A stretch of 64,000 nt of DNA from Prorocentrum cordatum (Eukaryota). Location: positions 744,001-808,000 of the forward strand of contig CAUYUJ010000001.1 in assembly GCA_963575745.1 (NCBI GenBank), given 5' to 3'. A model generated the notes under the pieces. That model had not been told where the DNA came from, searched no databases, and saw only the letters and a list, made by a program, of their open reading frames with translations. A program made the translations under genes and the position numbers. How positions within the stretch are numbered: position 1 is the first letter of the stretch; each line of letters starts with the position of its first letter. This document shows, piece after piece, positions 11,925 through 22,333 of the stretch.

Positions 11925-14900
11925 GTGGGGAGCTTGCCGAAGGGCGCCGAGCTTGTCCAGCTGTTCGCCTGCGCCTGGCTGCTGTGGGAGGGCGGCGCGC
12001 GCCTCCCCGCGCTGGGCGCCACTCACGTGCATCGGCACTGCAGGGGGTCGGCCGTCAGCAACGGTGCGATCATCAAGGTGTCCTCCTACTCCTCCGCCTA
12101 CTCCGAGGTCTTCGCGGGCGCTCTGGGGCTAGCATGGTACCGGGCCCTCCGCGATCGCTTCGGCGGGCGGGCTTCAGGAGCCTTCGTCGAGTTCGCGGAC
12201 TCCGACTTCGCGCGCGGCGAGCGGGAGGCTTTCGAGGTGCCGGACGTCCTCGGGGCGATCACCAGCATGCGGGCTCCGGCTTCTGAGCAGGCATGCTCCA
12301 TCGGGCGCGTGGCACGCGCCCCGGAGCGCGGCGCTGCAGCCTTCGACGCGGAGGTGGCGGACGGGCGCAAGCTGGAGGACGCCGACATCGCCATCAGGGA
12401 GGAGTACGCCGCGAAGGTGCGGGGCTGCGAGCCTGAGGCGGGGAGCGAGCCGTTCGAGCTGTCCAAGTCGCTTCGTGCCCACATCATCGGGGATCAGTGG
12501 AAGGATGAGGATCTCGGGCCTATCTGCATGCAGCTTCGCGCCGAGTCTGGCGCCGGCGATAGCCCCGAGGCGCAGCGTCTCGGCGAGGACTTCGCGCTCG
12601 AGCAGTTCGCGACCGTGGGCCCAGGGGAGCAGCGCTGGCTGCTAGTCCTCCCTGCGTCGGGCGGACCGGGCTCGGGCATATCGTGGAGGCGCTTCATCTT
12701 CCTCCGTGTTCATGCTGGTCCGTCGGGGGGCCACAAGACGGTGGTCGCCACTCGTGAGTGCGCCCGGCGGCTGGTGGTCTGGCCGGGGCTCGCGGCGGAC
12801 ATCGAGAAGTGGTGCGCTAGCTGTTGGGCCTGCCTCCGATTCAGGAAGCAGACTACGAAGGTTCAGGCCAGCTTCATCGTGGCACGGCACCGGCTTCCAT
12901 TTCATCATGTGGTCATCGACGTGGAGGGCCGCATCACCCCCCCCGACGTCGACGGGTTCGCGTACGTGCTGACCTACATCTGTGTGACGACGGGGGCCCC
13001 CCTTCTCGAGCCGCTCAAGCACCTGCAGCACTCCGAGGTTCGTCGCGCCTTCTTTCGATGCGCGACTCGGGCCAAGACCTGGCCGATGCTGGTGAGTTCG
13101 GATCGTGGCAAGGAGTTCTGCAACGCTCTCATGGAAGAGCTCTGGGCGCTCCTCAACTTCGCAGGCCGCTTCGGCACGTCGTGGAGGCCCTGCGAGCAGG
13201 CGGACGCGGAGCGGTCCCACATCGAGTGCGCGAGGGAGATCGGCATCTTCCTGCACGACGTCTTTAAGTGTGCCCCCGGCCAGTGGGCCGAGCTGCTGCC
13301 GATCGTCGAGTTCGTGCTGTGGAACTCGCCCGGCAAGTCGGCGCTGTCGCCGAGGGACCTCTGCATGGGTTGGTCGTTGGCTTCGCCGCTGGAGAGGGAG
13401 CTGCTGCCGCTGGAGCCCGCCGTTCGCGAGGCAGTCTCCGACGTCGCGGCGGCACAGTTTGAGCAGTTCAGGCGTTTGCGGGAGGTTTACCTTCAGCATC
13501 GGGCTCGAGCCGGCCGGCGCAGGGCGGAGCTGGCTAATCGCACGAGATCGTCGAGGCGCCCGGAGGTCGGGGACATGGTGTTGTTCAAGGACCCGAAGCT
13601 CTCCAAGGCCGTGGCCGGGCACGCTCCGGGCCGCCGCCCTCTGCGCGGCCCCTTCGAGGTCCTCTCCACGAAGGGCAACGTCGCCACGTTGCGGGACCCC
13701 GAGACCCGGCAGGTGCTCAAGGATATCCACGGCGATTTCTTGATCGGCGTCCCGGGCTTGGTCGACGACACGGAGCGCATCGTGAAGTTGGAGGAGGACG
13801 ACGGCCGTGGCAGGGCCTCTGCCGGACAGCTGCTGGCAGCGCGGCTGGCCCCTGGAGGCGGCGAGGCCGCCGAGGCGCTGGCGCCGCGCGTGAAGGCGCG
13901 GATGCGAGAAGTGAAGGTCGGGCGGCTCGTGGCCTACCAGGGCGAGGAGGCGAAGCGCTGCCGGGTGGGCAAGGTGCTGAGCCTGGCCGAGGACCTGAGC
14001 AGCGTGACGGTGCACGTGTACCAGGCGGCGGTCGACGGACGGCTGCAGGTGGTCTGGACAGCGGCGTACGACCGCCAGGAGGGCGCGGACTTCCAGCGGC
14101 AGAGGGTCGAGACGCTGGAGGCGAAGCGGGTGCTGGGTGTCGTGGAGCTCAACAAGGGCGTGCTGAACCACGCGGCGGCGAGCAGACTGGCGCGGGCCGG
14201 CTGGCGGCTGGACGAGGGGACCGTCCGGCGCGGTGCCTTGGCGGCGGCGGCAGTGGTGCCGGCCGCGCCACGGCTCTCCGACCTCCCTTCGAGCCGCGTC
14301 ATCGCGCTCGTCGCAGCTTGCCGTCCGCTCGAGGAGCTCGACCTGAAGATCGGCGAGGTCCAGGCGTGGGCGCACGGCGTCCCCCTCTTCGTGGAGATCT
14401 TCGATGGGGTCGGGAGGCTCTCGCAGGCGGTCCAGAGCTTAGGCGCAGCCAACGCGGTGTGCAGCGTGGTGGCCGGCATCGACCTTAAGCGCAGGACGTA
14501 CGGGCAGTACTGGGACCTCAGCAGGGCCAAGGACCGCGCCCGGCTTCGCTACCTGCTCTTCGAGGTGCTGAGGCCGGCAGGAGCCCACTGGGCGCTCCCC
14601 TGTGCGAAGTGGAGCAGCCTCGGTGGCCACCAGCCCGACGCCAACGCGCACGCGCTAGCTTCTTTCACCATGGACGGCCTCGAGCACCTCGACGGCGCGG
14701 GCTGCCTGGCCTCCTTCGAGGGCCCTCGTGCGCACGCGCTGGTGGCGAGCGTGGAGTGGCAGCAACGGTTCGGGTCAGCCGAGGCGCCGCGCGGGCGCTG
14801 GCGGCACGTGCTCCCCGACGGCTGCATGTTCCACTGCAGGAGCCCGGACGAGGAGCCCTTGGCCATGCAGAAGCCGTACGTCATCGTGGGCAACTTCCCG

Positions 14901-17761
14901 CTGGACCTGCTGGACGTTCAGTGCCGCCGTGGAGCGCTGCGGCCTCTAGGGCGCGGCCTCGAAGGCGTCGAGGTCGCCTCCGTGGAGCAGCGCGGCGACG
15001 CCGGGAGCTCCATGATCGGAGCCGCGCGAGCGCTGGAGGGGCCTCGCATGCCCTGCGAGCCGGGACGCGCGGCCGCTCCGGCTGCTGGGGTGACTAGGTC
15101 GGTGGACAAGCTGAGCGACGCCGAGATGGCGGAAAGGAAGGCGCGGCGCGAGCCAGCGGCGGCGGCGGCGAAGAAGAAGTGGGCCGAGCTGGCCAAGAAG
15201 GGTGACTGGGACCAGGTTCGGATGCCCGGCAAGTGCTTCAGGTTTGCCGAGGTGAAGATTTCGCCGAGGCGCTCGGCGGAGTACAAGGCCAAGGTTCTGG
15301 AGGCGGTCGGGCTCGTCGGCGAGTGCGCGGGCTACAAGCACCTGGGCAGCCAGGAGCTGGAGGCGCTGAAGGAGATGATCAGCCTGAAGGCCGAGGCGTT
15401 CTGGGTGAAGGGCACCGCGCGGACGGTCATGCGCGGCTTCAAGCACGACGTGGTGACGACTGGCTTGCCTGCGCGCGGGCCGCCGATCCGCTTGAAGGGC
15501 CCGGAGTCTTCCATCGTCCGCGAGGAGCTCGAGGCGGGCGTGGAGCAGGGGCTGTACTCCCGGGGGACTTCGCCCTGGGGCAGCTGGGCCTTTCCGACCA
15601 AGGAGCACGCGAGCGGCCGAAGGCGTCGGACCGTCGTGGACTACCGGATGGTCAACCGCAGGATGGTGATGTTCGTGTACTACATCCGCCGGTGCCGAGA
15701 CGTCAAGGGCGAGCTGGTGGGCTGCGCCTTCATCTCTGGCATGGACGGCGCTCGCGGCTTCAACCTCCTGGTCAACACTGAGCACGCGAAGGAGGTCCTG
15801 GCTGTGCTGGCGGACTGCGGCTGCTACCTCCCCGAGGTGCTGCAGCTGGGGCCAGCGACGGGGCCCTTCGACTTCCAGTTCTGCACCGACGAGCTGTTCA
15901 CTGGCACTGGCCGCGGACGCTACGGATCGGTCTGGAAGAATTACATCGACGACTTCTGGGTCAGGACGGGGCAGTGGCTGAACGGTCGCGCCTACACCGA
16001 CCGAGAGTACGAGGAGATGCTGGCGGCGGCATCCCCCCCCCCGGCTGCCTCTCGCCCGCTGGGCGACTCGCTGGCAGCGGCCGGGTTCGCGGGGACTCGC
16101 AAGGCCAGCCAGAGCTACGACCACGCCAAGGGCATGCTCGTGGGGCTGTGCGTGGCGCAGTCGGCCACGGGAGCAGCGGCTATGGAGGGCGGCGGCGTTG
16201 CCTTGGCGAACGGCCTCCGCATGCTGGTGGTGGCTGCCGCGGTGCGCACGGCGTCCTTGGTGGATGAGGGGCTGCGCGCGGGCGTGCAGCTGACGCGGGA
16301 CATCTTCGAGGCGGCCGGCGACCTGGTCCAGAGCGTCTCCTGGAACCTCAGCGGGCTCATCCACGAGGTGTGCGAGGGGGCGGTCCTGGTGGTGCGCGTC
16401 CTGGTCGTCGTGCAGTGCTGCTACGCTCTTTACTGCCTGCGCTCGTGGGTGGCTTGCCGTGCGCAGCGGGCGGCGCTGGAGCGCGCCGCCACCGCCGGCG
16501 AGGCGGCTCAGCGCGGACTCACGTCCAGCGCGCGAACCTGCGAGGCCGGCGACGGGCCCGCCTTCGGCCGCGAGCCGATGGCCAGAGCGGCAGCCGCTGG
16601 CAGGAGCCCGAGCGGGGCCATCTCGTCAGCAGATGGCGCCGCCAGCCCTGTGGTGGCGCTGTGGCGCGAGGCGGAGTTCGAGACCCCCCTGATCGGGGCG
16701 GCGGCACGCCCCCGAGCGGAGGTCCTCCAGATCCAGAGGAGCGCAGCTGTGGCACTGCGGGACCTGGAGCATTCGGACCGCCAGCGCACCGCGCGCGCGC
16801 GCGCGACCTGGCCGCCTGCGGCGCGGTGGTGTCCGCGAAGCTGGTGGAGGCTGCGCGCAGCACGGCGGCGAAGGACGCGGGCGACCTGTGCGAGTTCGAG
16901 GTTGAGGTGGCCGGCAGCCGCGGCGTGCGGTATGATGTGCGACTTCGCGCCGGACGCTTGGCTGCAGCGTTGCCCCCCGCATCGTGCACCTGCGCGGACT
17001 TCGTCAGCGGCGTTGGCGCCCCCTGCAAGCACATTGGGGCGGCCTGGTGCTGCGCGGTGGACGGCAACTTCAGCGAGCTGGTGGAGCTGGCGCTTGCGGC
17101 TGGCCGCAAGGAAGGAGCTGCCGCTGGACCTCAGCGACGCGCAGCCCTGGCGCCGAGCGACTCCCTGGGCCTCGCGGGGGCCGTGCGGGAGCTCCGCGAC
17201 TCGGAGGCCGAGGTCGTTCGCCTGCGCGAGGAGGTCCAGCAGCTGAAGGCGCAGCTGGGGGTGGCCTCCAGGCGCGGAGCCGTGACCGAGTTCCTCTCAG
17301 CGTCGGAGACGCTGGCGGCTTGGGCGCGGGCTTGCGGCGAGGCCGAGAGCTACGTGCACGTTGCGTGTTTCACCTTCGACCAGCCGGGCGTGGTGAACTA
17401 TCTGGAGGCGGCTCGAGCTCGAGGTCTCACCGTCCGTTTGGTGTTCAGCGGCCGTGACAAGGCCTTGACCAACAACCAGGGACCGCGCCTGCAGCGGCTG
17501 CGAGCCTGTGGGTGCGAGGTGCGCGCGCACAAGGGCTCGCGGCTGCACGCAAAGGTGATGATGACAGAGCGCGAGATCGCGCTGGGCAGCTGCAACTTCA
17601 CGACTGCCAGCTTGGGCAACGCGGAGCGCGGAGCGTCGTTGCAGGAGCTGTCCGAGGAGGCGGTGCTCGAGCAGAAGGAGTGGTTCGAGCAGCTGTTCGA
17701 GGCGGCGGCGCCCTTCAAGGACGGGATCGGCGAGGTGGTGCCTCCGTCGCCGGCCCGGTGA
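11925..17761 (+). CDS. Retroelement polyprotein INT-SH3-DNMT-RT-TM-SWIM-PLD (frameshift at 16791-16805)
   Basis: ORFs 11925..17246 and 16370..17761 fuse into 1944 aa (...QRTARAR|DLAACGAVVSAK...) if one GC unit is removed from the (GC)n run. Confidence 0.8.
12640..13750 (+). other. Gypsy-type integrase (HHCC Zn finger, DD35E core, GPY/F)
   Basis: VHAGPSGGH...WPGLAADIEKWCASCWAC; VIDVEG, SSDRGKEF and AERSH with exactly 35 residues between D and E; VGDMVL...RGPFEV. Confidence 0.92.
14381..14930 (+). other. C5-cytosine DNA methyltransferase-like domain
   Basis: FVEIFDGVG (motif I FxGxG), GID/WDL, ALPC (catalytic PC), FEGP (motif VI variant), DGCMF...QKP (motif VIII-like). Motifs IX/X not recognised. 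Confidence 0.7.
15390..15970 (+). other. Ty3/Gypsy-type reverse transcriptase, fingers/palm only
   Basis: HDVVT...GLYSRGTSPWGS...RTVVDYRMVN...FISGMDGARGF...LQLGPATGPFDFQ...NYIDD (YIDD at 15942-15953). Confidence 0.9.
16806..17060 (+). other. SWIM zinc finger
   Basis: VEVAGSRGVRYDVRL...SCTCADFVSGVGAPCKHIGA = CxC-x10-CxH with the usual upstream V.GS..Y.V strands. Confidence 0.85.
17281..17761 (+). other. Phospholipase-D-superfamily (Nuc/Zucchini-like) single-HKD nuclease domain
   Basis: VHVACFTFDQPGVVNYLEAARARGLTVRLV...LHAKVMMTE...LGSCNFT...NAE; HxK(x4)E and GSxN. Confidence 0.85.
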
Positions 17762-17773
17762 GGGCGCCGCGAG

Positions 17774-17983
17774 GCGCTGGAGGTCAGCTGGGCGAGAGGC
17801 CTAGCGGCCGTGGCGCCGGGACCGCGAGGCGCTGGTGGCCAGCTGGGCGAGAGGCCTAGTGGCCGTGGCGCCGAGGGCGAGGCGGCGCTGGAGGCCAGCT
17901 GGGCGAGAGGCCTAGCGGCCGTGGCGCCGAGGGCGAGCAGCGCTGGAGGCAGCTAGGGCGAGGCCCAGCAGCCGTGGCGCTGA
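17774..17983. repeat. ~55-bp tandem repeat, 4 copies
   Basis: GCGCTGGAGGCCAGCTGGGCGAGAGGCCTAGCGGCCGTGGCGCCG units immediately after the PLD stop codon. Confidence 0.9.
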
Positions 17984-18430
17984 GATGGCAAGAGCGTGGC
18001 ATTTTGCTACGCCGTCGACGCCCGGCAGCGCCGGGAGCTATGAGCGACTGCATGACGCCGAGTTCGGCGACTTCGAGGAGTTCATCAACTTCAATTTTGT
18101 GGAGGTGCACGTCGCGGTGGACGTGCCGGAGCGCCTGTGCCGCGGAGTGGTGTCCCGCTCGAGGAGAGGGGCACGTGAGGAGCGGCAAGGGCGCACAGGC
18201 GGCGGTGTGCAGGCCGGCGGCGATGACGGCCCTGGTGGCGACGGCTGCTTGCCCCGCGCTGCCGCGTGGCTCAAGGAGAAAGGGCCCCTCCTCCCCCTCC
18301 TCAGAGGCGCGGGGGAGGCTTGGGGGGCCCGCCTGGGTTCGAGGGCCCGCAGGGGCCCATAGGGCCCGGGGGCGGCACCAGGAGGCCGCTCCCGAGGCCC
18401 TGAGGGGCCGAGGCTCCAGGTGAGCCTCAG

Positions 18431-19046
<616 letters not shown>

Positions 19047-19189
19047 AATTTGCATCATACTAGTAACAATAGTAGTAGTAGTAGCACTAACAACCATCAT
19101 CATCCCAACAGGTCGTAATAGTAGCCGTAATCATACGAATAATATAAACAGCAATAATAAAGATTATATTGTTAATAATAATAAGATGT

Positions 19190-19220
<31 letters not shown>

Positions 19221-19238
19221 GAGGAGGAGGAGGAGGAG

Positions 19239-19585
19239 CAAGGCTCCCAACTGAGAGCGGTGACGTAGCACGCGCCTACCAGCAAGGCTCCCAAGAGCGA
19301 GCGGTGACGCAACAAGCTCTTCCCACCAAGGCTCCCAATGGCGAGCGGCAACGTAAGCATCTCTGGGCACGAGGACTCTGAACAGAGAGCGGTGATGCAA
19401 GAAGCTCTTCCCAGCAAGGGTCCCAACAGAGAGCGGTGACGCAACACTCGCTTACCAGCAAGGCTCCCAAGAACGAGCGGTGACGCAACCAGCTCTTACC
19501 ACCAAGGGTCCCAAGAGCGAAGGGTGCCATGAGCCACCTCGGGTAGGTTGCTAAAGCGCTCTTTCCGTTTCCGTGCCGGCCCAGG
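19239..19585 (+). repeat. 44-bp satellite array with conserved tail, copy 1
   Basis: ~7 units of CAAGGCTCCCAAGAGCGAGCGGTGACG..., ending in GGGTGCCATGAGCC...CCGTGCCGGCCCAGGT. Confidence 0.88.
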
Positions 19586-20159
19586 TAAGGGAAAGAGCGA
19601 GGTACGAGTGAATGACGTAGTAGCGTGGGGCGAAGCCCTCAAGGGGGGAGTGCAGAGGGGGGGAGAGGTCTAGGGGGAACGCTTTAATTGCCGCTTTCGG
19701 GTTTTCCCTCGGGTTTTGCATGTGTTTCTGGTTCTCCCCTTTTCCGTCCCAGGAGGGCCCCAGATGGCCCAAGAGGCCCCAAAGATCGTCACAAAAGGGC
19801 CCCAGAGGCCCTCCAAAGGGGCCCCAAACGGTCCAACAGGGCCCCCAGACGGGCCCAAGACGGCCCAAGAGGCCCCCAAGATCGTCCCAGGACGGCCCCA
19901 GAGGCCCCCCAAAGGAACAGAAAAGATCCAAGAGGGCCTCCAGACGGCCCCAGAGGGACCCAAGAAGGCCCAAGAGGGCCCCAAGACGGCCCAAGAGATC
20001 CCCAAGAGCGCCCCAGGAGGAGGAGGAGGAGGAGGGGGAGGAGGGGGAGGAGGAGGAGGAGGAGGAGGAGGAGGAGGAGGAGGAGGAGGAGGAGGAGGAG
20101 GAGGAGTCAGGAGGAGGAAGGAGGAGGAGGAGGAGGATGAGGAGGAGGAGGAGGAGACG

Positions 20160-20574
20160 TAAGAAGCTCTTCACACCCAGGCTCCCAAGCGCGAAGGTGA
20201 TGTAAAGAGCTCGTCACACCAAGGCTCCCAAGAGCGAGCGTCAACGTAATCATCTCTGAACACCAGGGCTCCCATAGAGAATAGAGAGTGGTGACGTAAC
20301 AAGCTCTTCCCACTAAGGCTCCCAAGAGCGAACAGTGACGTGACAAACTCGTGCACACCAAGGCTCCCAAGAGCGAGCGGTGACGTACACAACTCTCATC
20401 ACCAAGGTTTCCAAGAGCGAGCGGCAACGTAAAAGTTTCGGAACACCAAGGCTCCCAAGAGCGAACGGTGACGTCACAAACTCTTACCACCAGGGCTCCC
20501 AAGAGCGAAGGGTGCCATGAGCCTTCTCGGGCAGGTTGCTGCAGCGCTCTTTCCGTTCCCGTGCCGGCCCAGGT
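20160..20574 (+). repeat. 44-bp satellite array with conserved tail, copy 2
   Basis: ~8 units of the same consensus and the same tail as 19239-19585. Confidence 0.88.
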
Positions 20575-21195
20575 CGGTTTTTCGCCCCAGACCCGCGTTG
20601 CAAGCAAGCACGTCGTCGGAGATCCGGGTGCCTGACCTCCCCTCCCCCCTCCCTCCTGCCGAGGCAGCACTCCGCGGGAGGCCACGATGTTGAGAGCCAG
20701 CGCGGGAAGGGCGGACAAGTTGTCCACTCTGCCCGTGCTTGCCAGTGCCCCTCCTCCCCCGCGGAACCCCGACATAGCGATCTCTTTACAACGTGGACCC
20801 CCCAGATCGTCGGAGTCTGGACGCACTTTCCCACGACCGCCTTCTCGGGCTTCTCGTTCTGAGTCGTTCGCCCCCACGACGCACCTCCCCACGCGGGCCC
20901 CGGGGCCAGCGAGGACCTCCCGAGACAGAGCATCTGCCAAAAACCCGCCGTCGTGCGGCGCGGGGGGGGCCTCCACTGCCGCGAGCGGCCCCCCCAGTGG
21001 GCGCCACCCTCCTCTCCCGGAGGAGCCCCAAGCCAGCGGCCCAGCCCCTTGCTTCGGCGAGTGGCTCCTCGAGGCGCGCTCGCGCGAGCGCGCGCGGTGC
21101 AGCAGAACCGGCGCTCTTTCGCCGCCGCCCGCCGCCGCGGTCGTCCCAGGTTTCCTCGGCATGATTTCTCCGGTCCTCCGACTCAGAGATCCGAG

Positions 21196-21351
21196 GATAT
21201 GATTTTTCAATCCGGCGGTTTTTCCTTTAGTTCGGTTTCTGGGGCCCGTTATCGGGCCTGCATGTGGGCCATCAAAAATTGATCTGGGACGAAAAAACAC
21301 CCCGGGGAAGGAGTCGGGACCTCTGGGGCCGCCGGTTGAAAAAATCATATC
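21196..21351. mobile_element. MITE with ~23-bp TIRs
   Basis: GATATGATTTTTCAATCCGGCGG ... CCGCCGGTTGAAAAAATCATATC; related internal sequence at ~61920-62035. Confidence 0.7.
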
Positions 21352-21961
21352 GGCAGAGGTCTGGGTAGTAGAAGAAGATGCCGATCCCGCTGCTCCTCCT
21401 GGAGAGCCTTAGCGGTCATAGCCACGGCTTGATCTTCCTCAGGAATCTGGTCAGAGCGCACCGTCCGCGAGAGGTCCCGGGGGTAGCAGTGTCCCGTCGT
21501 GGCCAACCGTTCTCGAAGCGAGGCGGCCCCCTGGGGGCAGGAATTCATGATGATAATGATACGTTCTAGGATTTCCAGAATTACCTTGATTTCCGAGCAG
21601 AAGAAGCACTCCATTTCGCAAGCTTCTGGAAGTTCTCGTTGGTCCCCGGAGGTTACCTCGCCTCGGGGTGCTTTCAAGCAGCTTGGTCTTCGCCGAAGGA
21701 GCGGTCCGGGCATGCCCGGATCGCGCCGAGCGGCCGCCAGTGGCCCCGAGCTCCGGCCTGTTGGCCCAGGCCTTCGACGGTACAATTCCTACAGCCTGGG
21801 CGTCTGAGCGCGTTTCCTCGACTTCGGCATCTGGGGCCCTCCCGGCTGGCCCCGCGGGGCCCTCACGAGCGGTTCCGGGCGGAAGACTGGCCCCCGGGAG
21901 AGGTTTTGGGACAGCTGAGACCGCGCATTGAAAAAGTTGCATTGTCGAATGTTTGGGGTCA

Positions 21962-22077
<116 letters not shown>

Positions 22078-22333
22078 TTCATCGTGCTCGTCGTGGCCGT
22101 GGCCAGGGAGGGAGAGGGGAGGAAGAGGGGGGTAGTCAGGAGAGAAAGGGAGGAAAAGCAGGGGAAGAAAGAGGATGGGGTGGGAGGACGGAGGCGACGA
22201 CGGCGACGACGACCACGACGTTGACGACGTTGAGGACGCTGATGACGTTGCGACCACCACCACCAACCGCCTCTGCCCGCAAACCACCAACACGCCTCCG
22301 CTCGCACCACCTCGGCGGCCCCGCTGCCTGCAG

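Larger units (their letters stand above)
11890..18430 (+). mobile_element. Ty3/Gypsy-related retroelement with atypical domain order, 5'-truncated, no LTR pair seen
   Basis: Intronless GC-rich block encoding integrase, methyltransferase-like, RT, SWIM and PLD motifs; bounded by (TA)n and (CTA)n tracts. Confidence 0.85.

Noticed and set aside
12642..16364. Long antisense ORFs (577 aa and 472 aa) over the retroelement
   Set aside because: Shadow frames of a GC3-rich coding sequence, with no motifs.
16806..17246. C-terminus of the 1773-aa ORF as annotated
   Set aside because: Out-of-frame read-through after the (GC)n slip; the SWIM/PLD frame is the meaningful one.
11800..18430. LTR pair, PBS, gag or protease for the retroelement
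   Set aside because: No direct repeat pair and no gag or protease motif found in the window.
19239..20520. CRISPR-like array (27-nt constant + 17-nt variable)
   Set aside because: The variable parts are homologous to each other, the repeats are degenerate, and there are no cas genes; this is a satellite.
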